From: the human T2T-CHM13v2.0 reference genome, Homo sapiens
Length of the DNA: 64,000 bases
Strand: one strand, 5' to 3'
Assembly (NCBI RefSeq): GCF_009914755.1
Contig: NC_060931.1
In this document: piece by piece, positions 14,641 through 27,412 of the stretch
Layout: each line of letters begins with the position of its first letter
How positions within the stretch are numbered: the first letter of the stretch is position 1
Made by a program: the position numbers and the translations under genes
Notes under the pieces: generated by a model
What the model was told of the DNA's origin: nothing
What the model saw: the letters and a program-made list of their open reading frames with translations, nothing else
Databases searched by the model: none

Positions 14641-17058
14641 AGGCGGGTAGAGCAAGATGACCAAATAGAAGCCTCCAGCAATCATCCTCCATGCAAGAAC
14701 ACCAAACTGAAGAACTATTCACATAAAAAAATCACCTTCATAGTAACAAAAAAAATCAGGTAGGTGAGTGATCACAGTACCTGGTTTTAACATCATATTA
14801 AGGGAAAAAGGCACTGAAGAGGGCAAGAAAGACAGTCTTGAATAGTTTATACCACCCCTACTTCATTCCCCAGAAGTGGCCACATAGTAGAGAGTGAGAT
14901 TCTGTGTTTGAGAGAGAGAGAGTGCAGTGATTATGGGACTTTGCATTGGAACTCAGTACTACCCTGTCATAGTGGAAAGCAACAGTGGGACAGAAATCAG
15001 ATGGCGCCCACAAAGGGAACATTTAAACCAGCTCTAACCAGAGGGGAATCACCCATCCCAGTGGTCAGAACCTGAGTTCTGTCAAGCCACACTGCCATGG
15101 GCTAAAGTGATCTGGGGTCCAAAATAAATGTGAAAGACATTCTAGACTATGAGGACTGCAATTTTTAGTGCTTTGCAGGACTCAGAGCCAGTGGATTTGG
15201 GTACATGCAACACAGTGAGACAACAGCTGAGGTGATCACAGGAGTGATTGCATCACCTCTCTCCCAACTCCAGACAGTGCAGCTTGCAGCTCCAGGAGAA
15301 ACTCCTTCTGCTGAGGAGAGCAGAGGAGAAAGTAAAGAAGACTTTGTCTTCCAACTTAGATACCTGCTCAGCAATAGTAGAATAAGGCACCAGGCAGAGT
15401 CCCAGGAACACATCCTGGTCTAGAAGGGAACATGCTACCTTGAAGGAAAAGACCTATTCTTGGAAAGACTCATTATCTACTGACTAAGGAGCCCTTGGGC
15501 TCTGAATAGTCAGCAGCGGTACCCAGGGAGTACTTGCCATGAACCCTGGGAGAGACTCAGAGATGTGCTGGCTTTAGGTGTGACCAACACATTCCCAGAT
15601 GTGGTGGTTATGGGGAGAGACTTCTGCTTGAGAAAAGGAGAGGGAAGAATAAAGGAAACTTGATCTTCATGATTGTTAATATTGGATTGAAGGATGCAAA
15701 GTATTATTCCTGGGTATGTCTGTGAGAGTGTTGCCAAAGGAGACTAACACTTGATTCAGTGGACTAGAAGAGGCAGACCCATCCTCAATCTGGGTGAGCA
15801 TCAGCTAATCAGCTGCCAGCGTGGCTAGGACATGGAAGGATTAGAGTTGCTGAGTCTTCCAATCTTCGTCTTTCTCATGTGCTGGATGTTTCCCACCTCA
15901 AACATCAGACTCCAAGTTCTCCAGGTTTTTGACTCTTGGACTTATACCAGTGATTTGCCAGGGGCTCTCAGGTCTTCAGCCACAGACTGATGGCTGTACT
16001 ATTGGCTTCCCTACTTTTGAGGTTTTGCCACTCAAACTGGCTTCCTTGCTCCTCAACTTGCAGACTGCCTATTGTGGTACATCACCTTGTGATCGTGTGA
16101 GTCAACACTCCTTAATAAACTCACCTTTATATATACATTGATACTATTAGTTCTGTCCCTCTAGAGGACCCCAACTAATACAGTTTTGGAGCTTAGGTGC
16201 CAGCTGGACCACAGTTGGGTAGAGAACTAAGCAGGTTCCTGGGGTACCCAATTCCAGGTCTTGGCTTCTGAGTGGCATTTCTGGATCTGCCTTGGGCCAG
16301 AGAGGAGCGAACTAGGCCTGGCTGCATTCACCACAAGCTGACTGAAGAGCCCTTAGGCCTTGAGTGAACATTGATAGTAGCCAGGCAGTAGTCACCACGG
16401 GTCTGGGGCAGTGGTGGCCATGGGAAGGGACTCCCCTGCTTGAGGAAAGGGGAAGGAAGAATGGAAAGTACTTTGTCTTGTGGCTTTGGTGTCAGTTCAG
16501 TCACAGTAGAATCAAGTAACAGATAGCTTCCTAGATTTCTAAGGTTACCAACCCCTGACTCTGGCTCCCAGATAGCATCTCTAGACCTGTCTGGGCCAGG
16601 GGTAACTGGCCGCCCTGAAGAGAAGGACACAAGCCTGGCTGGATTTGCCGCCTGCTGATTGTAGGGCCCTTGGACCTTGAGTAAGCATAAGTGGTAGCCA
16701 GACAGTGGTCCACATGGGCCTTGGGTATGATCCAGTGCTGTGCTGGATTCAGGTCTGAATCAGCACAGCCCCAGTGCTGGTGGCCACAGGGGTGCTTGTG
16801 ACACCCCTCCCCTAGCTCCATGAAGCTCAGCACAGAGAGGCTCTGTTTGAATGGGGGAAAGTAAAGGAATAGAGCAAGAGTCTCTGCCTAGTAACCCAGG
16901 GTATACCCCTGGATCTCAGCCAAGATCACCAAGGTGGCACCTCTACAAGTCTGAAAGAGCCACAATGTTACTGGGCCTGGGGTGCCCCCAAAACAAATAT
17001 GGCTGCAGTGACCAAAGACTTAGATTACAACTCTCAAGTCCCTTCAGATACCTGGAAA
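14641..17058 (+). mobile_element. L1 5' UTR only (L1M1/L1MA1-2-like), interrupted by an MLT2 LTR
   Basis: Starts GAGCAAGATGACCAAATAGAAGCCTCC...CACAGTACCTGGTTTTAAC; has tandem UTR subrepeats (CTGACTGAAGAGCCCTT.GGCCTTGAGT). Confidence 0.85.
15668..16182 (+). mobile_element. MLT2A (HERV-L) solo LTR
   Basis: GGATTGAAGGATGCAAAGTATT, CTCCTTAATAAACTC polyA signal, end TTAGTTCTGTCCCTCTAGAG...CTAATACA; degenerate TSD ATCTT/GTTTT. Confidence 0.92.
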
Positions 17059-18192
17059 TTAATATGTTCCATTGATCAGTCTGTCTATTTTTGTACCAGT
17101 ACCATGTTGTTTTCGTTGCTATAGCCTTGTAATAAACTTTGAAGTCAGGTAATGTGATGCCTCCAGCTTTATTCTTTTTGCTTAAGACTGCTTTGACTAT
17201 CCAGGCTCTTTTTTGGTTCCACATAAACTTTAAAATGTTTTTTTCTAATTTGTGAAGAATGACACTGGAATTTTGATAGGGATTGCATTGAATCTGCAGA
17301 AAGCTTTAGGCAATATAGTTATTTTAACAATATTAATTTTTTCAATTCAGGATGATGAGATGGTTTCAATTTGTGTTATCTTCAATTTCTTTCATCGGCA
17401 TTCTGTAGTTTTCCTTTCAGAGATCTTTCAATTTCTTGATTAAATTTATTCCTAGGTACTTTTCTGATAAGTATTGTAAATAGGATTGTCTTTTCAAATT
17501 ATTTCTTGGTTGAATTATTATTTGTTCATAGAAATGCTGTGGATTTTGTATGTCAATTTTGTATTTGTATTCTGCATCTTTTTTGAATTCATTTATCAAA
17601 TCTAAGAAATTTTTGGTGAAGTCTCTAGGTTTTTCTAAATATAGGATTATATCATCAGCAAGGAGTGAAATTTTGACATCCTCTTTTGCAATTTGGATAG
17701 CTTTTATTCTTTTCTCTTGCTTGATTGCTCTGGCTAGGAATTCCAGTGCCATGCGGAATAGGAGTGGTTAAAGTGGGCATCTTTGCCTTGTTCAATTTCT
17801 TACAGAAAAGACTTTCAAATTTTCCCCATCCAGTACGATGTTAGCTGTGGGTTTGTAATATATGGCCTTTATTATTTTGAGGTATGTTACTTCTAAACCT
17901 AGTTTGTTGAGAGGCTTTATCATGAAGGATTCTCAATTTTAACAAATGCTTTTTCTGCATCTATTGAAATAATCACATGGTTTTTGTCCTTCAGTTGATG
18001 TGAGGTATCATGTTTATTTCTTTGCATATGTTGCACCATTCTTGCATCCCTATTGAAGCTGCTAATTGACTGCTGTGTATTATCATTTTGATGTGGATTT
18101 TGCTAGAATTAGATTTGCTGGTATATTGGTTTGCAGTATTTTGTTGAGAACTTTTGCCAGTGTGTTCATCAGGGTCATTGGTCGGTAATTTT

Positions 18193-18227
18193 TGTTGATG
18201 TTGTTGTTGTTGTTGTTGTTGCTGTTG
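18193..18227 (+). repeat. (TTG)n microsatellite
   Basis: Read directly. Confidence 0.9.
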
Positions 18228-18634
18228 TATTCTTGTCTGGTTTTGGCATCTCGGTGATGCTCGCCTCATAGAATGACTTGGGGAAAATTCCCTAGTCTTC
18301 AATTTGTTGAAATAGTTTTAGTAGAAGTGATATTATTCTTCTTTGTACATTTGGTATGGCTGTGAATCCATCTGGTCCTCAGCTTTTCTTTGTTGAGAGA
18401 CTTTTTATTACTGATTCAATCTTGCTAGTCATTATTGGTCTCTTCCAGTTTTCTATTTATTTCTGATTCAATCTTTGGCAGTTACGTTTCCAGGAATTTA
18501 TCCATGTCCTCTAGGGTTTTTTTGTCAGTGTACATTTGTTCATAATAGTCTTTTATGATTTTTTTGTATTTCTGTGGTGTCAGTTGTAATGTGTCCTTTT
18601 TTAATTTCTGATTTTGTTTATTAAGATCCTCTCT

Positions 18635-18711
18635 CACTGGGCTTGGTGGCTCACGCCTGTAATCTCATCACTTTGGGAGGCTGAGGCGGGCAGATCACCT
18701 GAGGTCAGGAG
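18635..18711 (+). mobile_element. 5' ~75 bp of an AluS, no tail
   Basis: CTGGGCTTGGTGGCTCACGCCTGTAATC...GATCACCTGAGGTCAGGAG, then L1 resumes. Confidence 0.9.
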
Positions 18712-20181
18712 CTCTTATTTCCTGATTACTCTAGTTTGTGGTTTATCAATTTTGTTTATCCTTTTGAAGAACCAACTTCTCTTTTATTTGCTTCTTTATA
18801 TTTTTTAGTCTTTATTTTATTTAGTTGCACTCTAATGTTTACTATTTACTCTGCTAACATGAGTTTTGATTTGTTATTGATTTTCTAGTTCTTTAACGTG
18901 CATTGTTAGGTTGTTAATTTGTAATTTTTCTACTGTTGTAATGTAGACATTTATTGCTCAAAGCTGCTCTCTTAGCACTGATTTTGCTGTATCCTGTAGG
19001 ATTTAAGATGCTGTATTTTCATTTTCATTTATTTCAAACATTTTTTATTTCCACCCCAATTTTATCATTAACCCAATGATCATTCAATAGCATGTCGTTT
19101 AATTTCCATGTATTTGATATATTCCAGAGGTCCTTTTGGTACTAATTTATAGTTTTATTCATCTAAGAAGACATTTAATATAATTTTGATATTTTAAAAT
19201 TTGTTCAAAGTATTTTTTGGCCTATAATATGATCTATCCTAGAGAGTACTTTATGTGCTGATGAAAAGAGTGTAAATTCTGCAATTGTTAGATAGAATGT
19301 TTTGTAGATTTCTGTTCAGTCTAATTTATCTAATGTTGAGTTTCAACATAATGCTTATTTGTTGATTTTCTGTATAGGTGTTCTGTCTAATTCTGAGAGT
19401 GGTGTGTTAAAGTCCTCCACTATATTTATTTTGTAGCCTATTGCTCTCTTTAGATCTAGTAAAACTTGCTTAATGAATCTGTATGCTCTAGTGCTAGGTG
19501 CATATCTGTTTTAAAGTTTTTATATCCTCTCAATGACTTTTTTATCATTATGTAATGACCTTATTTCTCCCTTTATGCTGTTTTTGACTTAAAATATGAT
19601 TTATCTAAGTGTAGCTGCTCCTCACTTTTGGTATCCATTTGTGTGGAATATCTTTTTCTAGCCCTTTCCTGTCAGTCTATATATGCCTTCATTAATAGAG
19701 TGAGATTTTTGTTAGCAGCATATAGTTGGATTATGTTTTTTTTTTAAAATCTAGTTTTTCATTCTATATCTTTTAAGTGGATAATTTAATCAATTTACAT
19801 TGAAGGTTATTATTGGTATGTGAAGTTTTGTTCCTGTCATATTGTTAATTGTTTTCCAATTGTTTGATATATTTGAGTTCCTTTGTTCTTCTCTTATTGT
19901 TTGTTTTTGTGGTTTGGTGGATTTCTATAGGTAATATTTGAGTCTTTTTGCTTCCTTCCTTATGTGATTGTTTTACCAGTGAGTTTTATATTTTCATGTA
20001 TTTTCAGCATGGTGGATATTATCCTTCTGTTTACAAGTTTAGGACTCCCTTATGCATTTCTTGTATGACCTGTCAGGTTGCAATGAATCCCCTCAGCATT
20101 TGGTTGTCTAGGATATGAAAGACTTGATTTCTCCTTAATTTATCATGAATAGGTTAGCTGGATATAGTATTCTTGGTTGGC

Positions 20182-20183
<2 letters not shown>

Positions 20184-20216
<33 letters not shown>

Positions 20217-20232
20217 ATTTATTTATTTATTT
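20184..20232 (+). repeat. (TA)n plus (TTTA)n
   Basis: Read directly. Confidence 0.9.
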
Positions 20233-20717
20233 TTGTACTTTGAATATATCTTCCCATTCTCTTCTGGCCTGTAAGGTTGCTACTGAGACATCTTGCTGTT
20301 AGTCTGATAGGTTTTCCTTCTTAGGTAACTAGACACTTTTGTCTTGCTGATTTTAGAATCCATTCTTTATCTTTGACTTTAAACAGTCTGACTATAATGG
20401 GAAAGATCTTTTCGCATTGTATTTTCTTGGCGATATCTAAGCTTCTTTTATCTAAATGTCTAAATCTCTTGTGGTATTGAGAAGTTGTCATCTATTATTT
20501 TGTTAAATAGGTTTTCAAATCCTTTCTTTCTTTGCCTTCAGAGATACTGATTATTTTAATGTTTGATCACTTTATGTTGTCCCAAATGTCACAAAGATGT
20601 CACTTCCTCCTTGTATTGTCTCCATTTTTGTCTGACTAAATTATTTCAAAAGACCTGTCTTCCGGTTCTAAGATTCTTTCTCCTGCTTGAGCTTGCCTAT
20701 GGTTGAAGCTCTCAAAG

Positions 20718-20850
20718 GTGTGTGTGCATGTGTATGTGTGTGTGTGTGTGTATACATATATATACGTATAGATATATATGTATATCTATACGTATATATA
20801 CATATATATATCTATACGTATATATATACGTGTGTGTATATATATATATG
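20718..20850 (+). repeat. Compound (TG)n/(TA)n repeat with an internal hairpin
   Basis: Read directly. Confidence 0.9.
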
Positions 20851-22849
20851 AATGCATATGCATTCTTCTGCTCTATCTTTTAAAATATCTATCCCTTTGG
20901 TAAATTTATCATTTATATCCTGAATTGTTTTTCTGATTTTCTTGTATTGTTTTTCAGAATTCACTCGTATTACACTAAGCTTCTATAAAATCAATATTTT
21001 TAGTTCTTCACTGAAGATTTTAACGATTTCTTTTTGATAAAATCTATTTTAGATCATTATCATATTCATTAAGAAGTTCCATTTTTTCTTGCTTTTTCAT
21101 GTTGCCTGTGTCCTTATTTTGATATCTGTGAAGTCTTCCTATTTTTTTATTTATCTTTGTAGGAAAGGGATTTTTCCTAAAGATATATCTACAGTTTTTG
21201 TTGAGTTGGACATTTTGGCTTTGGTTCTAGGTTCACGTAGCAGTGAAGTGTCTATGATTTTTTTTCTTTTTTTTTGGTGGTGGGGGTTTATAAAGAGCAT
21301 TAGTGGTATCTGCAAATTCCTTCATGAGTTATGGTGAAGTTATTAGAGGAGGCTGTGGTGAAGGTATATTAGGGACTGGGGTGTCAGGTGGGCCAGTCCT
21401 CAGGCTCCAGAAGTGTCAGTAGTGTGCTGAAGCTGACAATCTTTGCATCCTGGGGTGGTGTACACTAATACCACTGTTGGCTCTTACTCTCAGGCTGATT
21501 CCTGGGCCTCCACATAGTTTGCTCAGATGTCAGATGCCTTTAGTAGCAGTGGTGGACCAGTTGGATGAGCAAGTTCTTGGGCCACTGGGCAGATGGTGTG
21601 ATATGGATGATCACAGTTGCAGTGGCAAGATGATTCTTTGGGTTCTGAGCAGTATACATTGGTATTGGCAATGGCTGTGGTGGGCTGAGTGGGCTAGTTT
21701 CCAGGCCTGCAGGTGACACTTATAAGTGGGTGACACCTGAGTTGGTAGCAGCTAGGAGTGTAGGCCCAGTCTCAAGCTGCCTGAAGAAGTGCTTAGGTGT
21801 CCAAGGTGGTGGATTGGGTTTGGCAACCCCCCAGGACCTTGGGCTATGTTCTGTGTGTTGTGGTGGGGGAAAACCTAAGCTGGGCAGGCTTGTGCTCAGA
21901 CCTCTCAATGGTGACAGTAGGCACCAGTTGTGGTGGACAGGGGCAGGGTGATCCTTCTACCCCAGGAAGAATGCTCAGTTGAGGGGCAGTAGCAGCTGCA
22001 CTGATATCCTGCCGCTGGAGGGGGAGAGGCTGGTCTCTGTGGCCACAGCCTTGGCTGGTGGGTATGGAGCATACATCCCTCTAACACTCCAGTCAAGGAA
22101 GGGATCATTCCCTAGCCTTGGTGGCAGTAGCCTGCACCTAGCTTGAACATCATCCCTAGCTGCAAAAGCCCTGCCTCACTCATGACTAAGTTCCAGCAGC
22201 AACTTTTGCATTGCCAGTTGTCTCAGCATTGCTCGCTTCTCAGCACTGACAGCTGTTACCCATGGCTCTCGCATATTTCAGCCCTAGCTGTGGGAATAAC
22301 CTCAGCTTGCACTACAGTTCCAGCAGCAAAAGCACTGATTTCTTTTAAGCCTCAGTCCCTGCTATAATAGGCCCCAAGATAGCATAGAGTCTGCCAAGGG
22401 TTGGGTATGAAAAGAGAGCCTTGTCTTGGCCACTTAGATCTCAAAAAGTGTGTAGTATACAGTGTGAGCTCAATCTCTGGAGCAGTTCCATCTTTTGGTC
22501 TCCTGGGATCACCTTATGTTAGTTTCAGGGGTTGAGAAGTTTGAGAGGTTCTCCCACTGCTAGGATTGCAGAATTCCATGATGAGGATTGGGCTACTGGA
22601 ACTCACTCACTTACCCTTTCCACATGTTAGGAAGTCACTTCCAGCTCCCAGCCAATCCCACCCAAGCAGGCCACCTCATTTCCTTCTCCTTCCTTGCTTT
22701 TGGTGTTTCCTTTCACTTTTCTATTGAATTCCAGTGTTCTCTCTTCAATAATATATTTGGAATGTGATTGTCTATGTACTATTTTAGTTATTCTAAGTGA
22801 AAGGTATGAGCATAAAGTACTTCTAGTCAGCCATCTTGAAACACTTTAT

Positions 22850-23375
22850 TATCAGAAGATTTTTAGAGCCAAAAGGGGAACTGGTTTTAAAAGGATCACT
22901 TTGTCTGAAATGTAAGAGAACAAGTGAGATAAGAGGTAAAGTAAGTAGAAGACTCTTACATTAGATTAGGTGTGAGATTATAGTGAAATGGGTAAGTGTT
23001 GTATCAGAATAAACAACATGACTTTAAACATATTTGGAAAAATAGAGCCAACCAGATATAATAATAGATTTATTGTATACAATGTGGCAAAAAGTAAAGT
23101 AGAGAAATATTCCCATGTTTAGGAAAGGAGCAACTCATCTGATATTGTCATTTACTGAGGTGCAAAGTCTTGGTTATGGATTAAGGGTTAAAGATAGAGA
23201 CTAAAATTTCAGTTTGGAAAAGTTAACTCTCATTTATGTATTAGATCTTCAAGCAGAGGTGGTTTGTAAATAGTTAGATATAAATGAAGAGAGGTAAAGC
23301 TATAAATTTAAAATCAGTCCCCAACATATAAATGGTATTTAAAGGCATGTAGATGATGTGAATTAATGATTAGAA
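22850..23375 (-). mobile_element. L2 (continuation)
   Basis: TTTTAAAAGGATCACTTTGTCTG...; TTTCAGTTTGGAAAAGTT...; AAATGGTATTTAAAGGCATG. Confidence 0.65.
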
Positions 23376-23389
23376 AATATTTTTAATGA

Positions 23390-24110
23390 CTACTAAAATC
23401 ATTGAGTGGAATGTTCATAGATAAATATTATAATAGATAGATAAGACCTGCTGAAACTGCTGATCAATTTTGACCTCTTAAATAGGCAGATATGATGTAT
23501 CTCTTGATTTGAAATACACAGCAACAAAATATAAATGATGACAACCTGGAAATATTCATGTCTAAATATAGAACATGTATCTCATCATATCTCTAGTTCT
23601 AATTAAGTTTATATAATGCATTGGAGCTAAGAGCACAGTGGCACCATGGAGATGCAATTAGCCAAATAAAGAAGGTTAGAAATTCTACGGAACAAATAAC
23701 TGGTTCCCTTAAGAAACGAATTGGGAAAGAAACAGTGAGGTCTATTCTAAATTAAAAGAAAATTTAAAGCTATAGCAAATAAACCCTCAACACGTGGAAC
23801 TTCCTAGTGTCATGATTTAAACAAAGCAAACAAAAATAGAATGATTGGAATTGGAAAATCAAAGATATTTTAACACTGAATGAATATTAAAAAACAATTA
23901 TATGATTATTTTATGGTTAAACTTAAAGAAAACTGAATTTTTTTAAAGTAATATACCTAGTTTTAAATGGTTCAGCTTGGACTGGGTGGATAACAATAAT
24001 CTTAGTTCATTCCAAATGAATTAAGATTGATCATATATTGGTTATTATGCAGCTGGGTTTTTAAAATTAAGTGTATTAATATTTAACCTATTTTTGAAAA
24101 TTCTAAAGAC
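23390..24110 (+). mobile_element. L1MC-like 3' region
   Basis: GAAATTCTACGGAACAAATAACTGGTTCCCTTAAG, TTCTAAATTAAAAGAAATTTAAAG resemble an L1MC4/5 3' UTR. Confidence 0.55.
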
Positions 24111-24169
24111 AAACATGTATATACACAAAGAAACAAAGGGGTAAATATAATTTTAAAAAGAATGCCATT

Positions 24170-24271
24170 GGTGCAGCACACCATCATGGTACATGTATAC
24201 ATATGTAACAAACCTGCACATTGTGCACATGTACCCTAAAACTTAAAGTATAATAATAATAATTAAAAAAG
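24170..24271 (+). mobile_element. L1PA extreme 3' end (~100 bp, 5'-truncated)
   Basis: GTAACAAACCTGCACATTGTGCACATGTACCCTAAAACTTAAAGTATAATAA; TSD AAAAGAAT(G/A)CCAT on both sides, TTTT/AAAA site. Confidence 0.93.
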
Positions 24272-24314
24272 AAAAGAATACCATGGAAATAGAGAATAAA
24301 GTTGAAAAAAAAAA

Positions 24315-25800
24315 AACCTTGGAGGAGCTTCAACATTTAAGGATCTGATGGAAGAGGAGAACTAGCAAAGGACACTAAGAGGGACTTTTCAGGGATATTG
24401 GAGGAAAGCCAGATAAATATCATTGCCATGTCATAGCATCCACAATTTATATTGTATTATATAATATAATGAAGAGAGTAATCAGTAGTGTAAAATTCTA
24501 CTGAGAGTTTTGATAGGTGAGAACTAACTCTTCAATACCAGCTTAAGAAAAATTACTGGTAATAGGTGACCTTTCCAAGACCAATTTCAGTGTGTTATAA
24601 AAATAAAAATACAAATTTAGTGGCTTGGAAGAGAATGGAAGAAGACAAAGTTAAGGTAGCAATAATAGACAACTTTTGAAAGCATTTGAAAAATGAGGAG
24701 GCAACCGTATTGTTACAAGTATCAGGAATTTTTATTTTTTTAGCTCAGAGGATATCAAGTATGTTTAAAAGTACACAGAATGTCACAATAGAATAGAAGG
24801 AACATACAGATACAAGAAAGAAGTGGAAAATTAAAGAAAATATTTTCTCAAGATAGACTGAGTGAGGTTCTATCTATGAATAAAATCATGGTCCATAATA
24901 GGAGTAGATATACTTTTATGTTCACAGAACAGAAAGGAAGGCAGCATAGGTAGATACAGATTATATGGTGAGAATGAGAAAATCGTTTGCATCAAATTTT
25001 GTCCCTGAAAACATAATTGATTGAGGTGTATACTAAACTCTTCAGGAGAATTGTTAAATCAAAAAATAAAAATTATAATTTATGTGCAGCAAAGTATAAT
25101 TTTCTCTCGGTGTTCAATGCCTATTTGGAATTGGCAACCACAAATCTAAAGCAAACCAGTCAGTATGGTTGTTTCTCACTATAAATGTTCAGCTGTTTGT
25201 TTATAAGCATTAATTATGCCCACAGGTTGGATCAAACAGGTTTAGCATTTTTATAAACTGATATAGTAGTAGAAGAGACATAAGAAAGTTGGGGTTGTTT
25301 GTAAAGATGTGGTTTAACCATGGGGTGATGAATTAGCACTCTTAGGGAGTTTGGACAATCACTGGCCTGGGAATAGAGGCATAAGTGAACTGGAAGGATC
25401 AGAGATGGTGACTAGAAAGTGAGATGTCAGAAAGTACAATCTGAGGGATCGGAGGGATGTTGCTACTGCTAAGGAAGATACATTCAACCTAATAAACAGG
25501 TGAGTGGATGCATGCTTGAAATTAGACTAAGGAAACATTTATTTGACCTACGAAAACAAAGAAACTGAAAGACTTATGCTTTAAACCTATCATTTACATG
25601 GATATTGATGTAACTAAAAAAGATGACAAAGTGGTGGTAAAAGAGAAAATACGTGGATTGAAGATGGTGACATGTTTTCAAAGACCTGATTCTTTTGAAG
25701 GAGGAAAGAGATTCAAAAATTTTTTTTAAAGCCTAAAGGTAGAAATGAGCAAGTAACAGTGCATCTAATGTATTATACTTCTCTAGAACCTGGGGTAGTT
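24315..25800 (-). mobile_element. L2 (continuation, degraded)
   Basis: CAACATTTAAGGATCTGATGGAAGAGGAGAACTAGCAAAGGACACTAAG, GGTGACCTTTCCAAGACCAATTTCAGTG. Confidence 0.6.
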
Positions 25801-27370
25801 GGAGAGAAACAACAAAATCAGCCTATACTTGAATGGACTCCAAAGAGACATTATGTGCTCAATGTCCAGCCAGGTCCTACTGAGAATAAGAAGACAAAGG
25901 GCAAACCAAGTTTAGGGATTTTTGATGAAATAGTATGGGAGTTTGGTGAGGGAGGACTGAATTCGAGAGAGCTTGTTGAAGGAGTCTGGTAAAGTGAGAA
26001 ATAGAAATAGAAATAGTATGGGAGTTTGGCTCAACCACAAGGAGATATATTGAACAATATGGAGATAACATCTTTGGAGATTTAAATCACCTGAGATGGT
26101 TTTATGTCATGGCAACTGCAACTGAACTGAGAATGGAAGGAAGGCATGATGGGATTGGGCCAACAATTTTCTAGGAAAAAAAAAAGAAGTAACTAAATAT
26201 AGTTGACATGGCTTGCAATAAAATAATTTTCAGGGGAAATGATCAAAGAGAAGCTTTGGGGAGCTGTTCAGTTTTGCAGGGTTGTTTCTTTTTTTTTCAA
26301 GTTGAAAATGAAAGTAAAATTTGATTTCTATATTCTTCATGACATTATACCATTGATTTCAGCAGAGAAATTTGTTTATCTGAGACATATGTAATTTCTC
26401 ATCATCTATTTGCTACTTTTTCCCCCTTTTCTTATTCACCTCTGTTCATTGTGTTTCACAAAACTGAATCTTTCTTACCGATTGCTTTTCTTTATTTATC
26501 CTATTGTCAGCAAGATTTTATCACAGTGGACATTGTGATAAACACTGATATCTGTGTTTTTGATAAATAGGATCAAATAAAGTATCACTCCTATGCTGTT
26601 GCCTCAGGAGAGCTGTGTGACACTCGGTTGCACTGAGAGACAAGTGTTGAGACGGTAGACCAGCGAATGTGATAGCTGTTATTCTAACCTTTCATTTTGT
26701 AATAGCTCCATGTGAAGGAGCTTACCCACATTTATGCCTTTGATATAAAAATAATATCTGTAAATATTCACATATTCATTTATATACCACATAATTCTAA
26801 AAATATCTTTAGGTGACTTCTAACTGCATTTACTGTGCAACAGGATAAACATAGAATTTTGATCCAATTGTACATAGTTATTAAATCTGGCTAAATACTT
26901 CACTCCAAACTTTAAAACATACAAAATGAAGTGGTGAATGCATGCTCTATAGGATCCAAGCCATAATAATTTTAATCACTCTTTTCTAAATATATTTTTT
27001 TCTCTCTAAACCAATACTGTCTATTTATTCATATTGCAATTCAGAAGAAAATCAGGTCAGATAGTTGACAAGGTTATTCATAAAATACTTTCAAATGTTT
27101 GACAGCAGATAATATAAATGAATACATGAAATCATAGACTGCTTTGCTTCAATTTTTACTTTTTTTAAGTGAATTGTTTTATTTATTTCCTATTTTTAAC
27201 AGCTCCTACATCAACTCATATTTTTAAGGTACACAATAATATTTCCTGGATGAATTGTTTAGTTCAGTGAGCCAATTGTACTGGATTACCTTAAGGAATA
27301 TGTTTTTAGCTTTGGAATAAACCTGGAGAAGTCATATATAGGCCAGCTGAACTCTTTTTGGAGGTATGTG

Positions 27371-27374
<4 letters not shown>

Positions 27375-27410
<36 letters not shown>
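27375..27410 (+). repeat. (GATA)9 tetranucleotide STR
   Basis: Read directly. Confidence 0.95.

Positions 27411-27412
<2 letters not shown>

Larger units (their letters stand above)
17060..22840 (-). mobile_element. Old L1 (L1MA/L1M2-like): 5' UTR, decayed ORF1 and most of ORF2, 3'-truncated
   Basis: Minus-strand remnants translate to ORF2p-like peptides ([32 protein letters not shown]; LARAIKQEKRIKAIQI...LLADDIILYLEKP); 5' end CTAGTCAGCCATCTTG. Confidence 0.92.

Noticed and set aside
16943-17752. Functional reverse transcriptase gene
   Set aside because: Fragmented L1 ORF2 with frameshifts and stops
17991-18302. Poly-glutamine ORF
   Set aside because: A (TTG)n microsatellite inside decayed L1 ORF2, read out of frame
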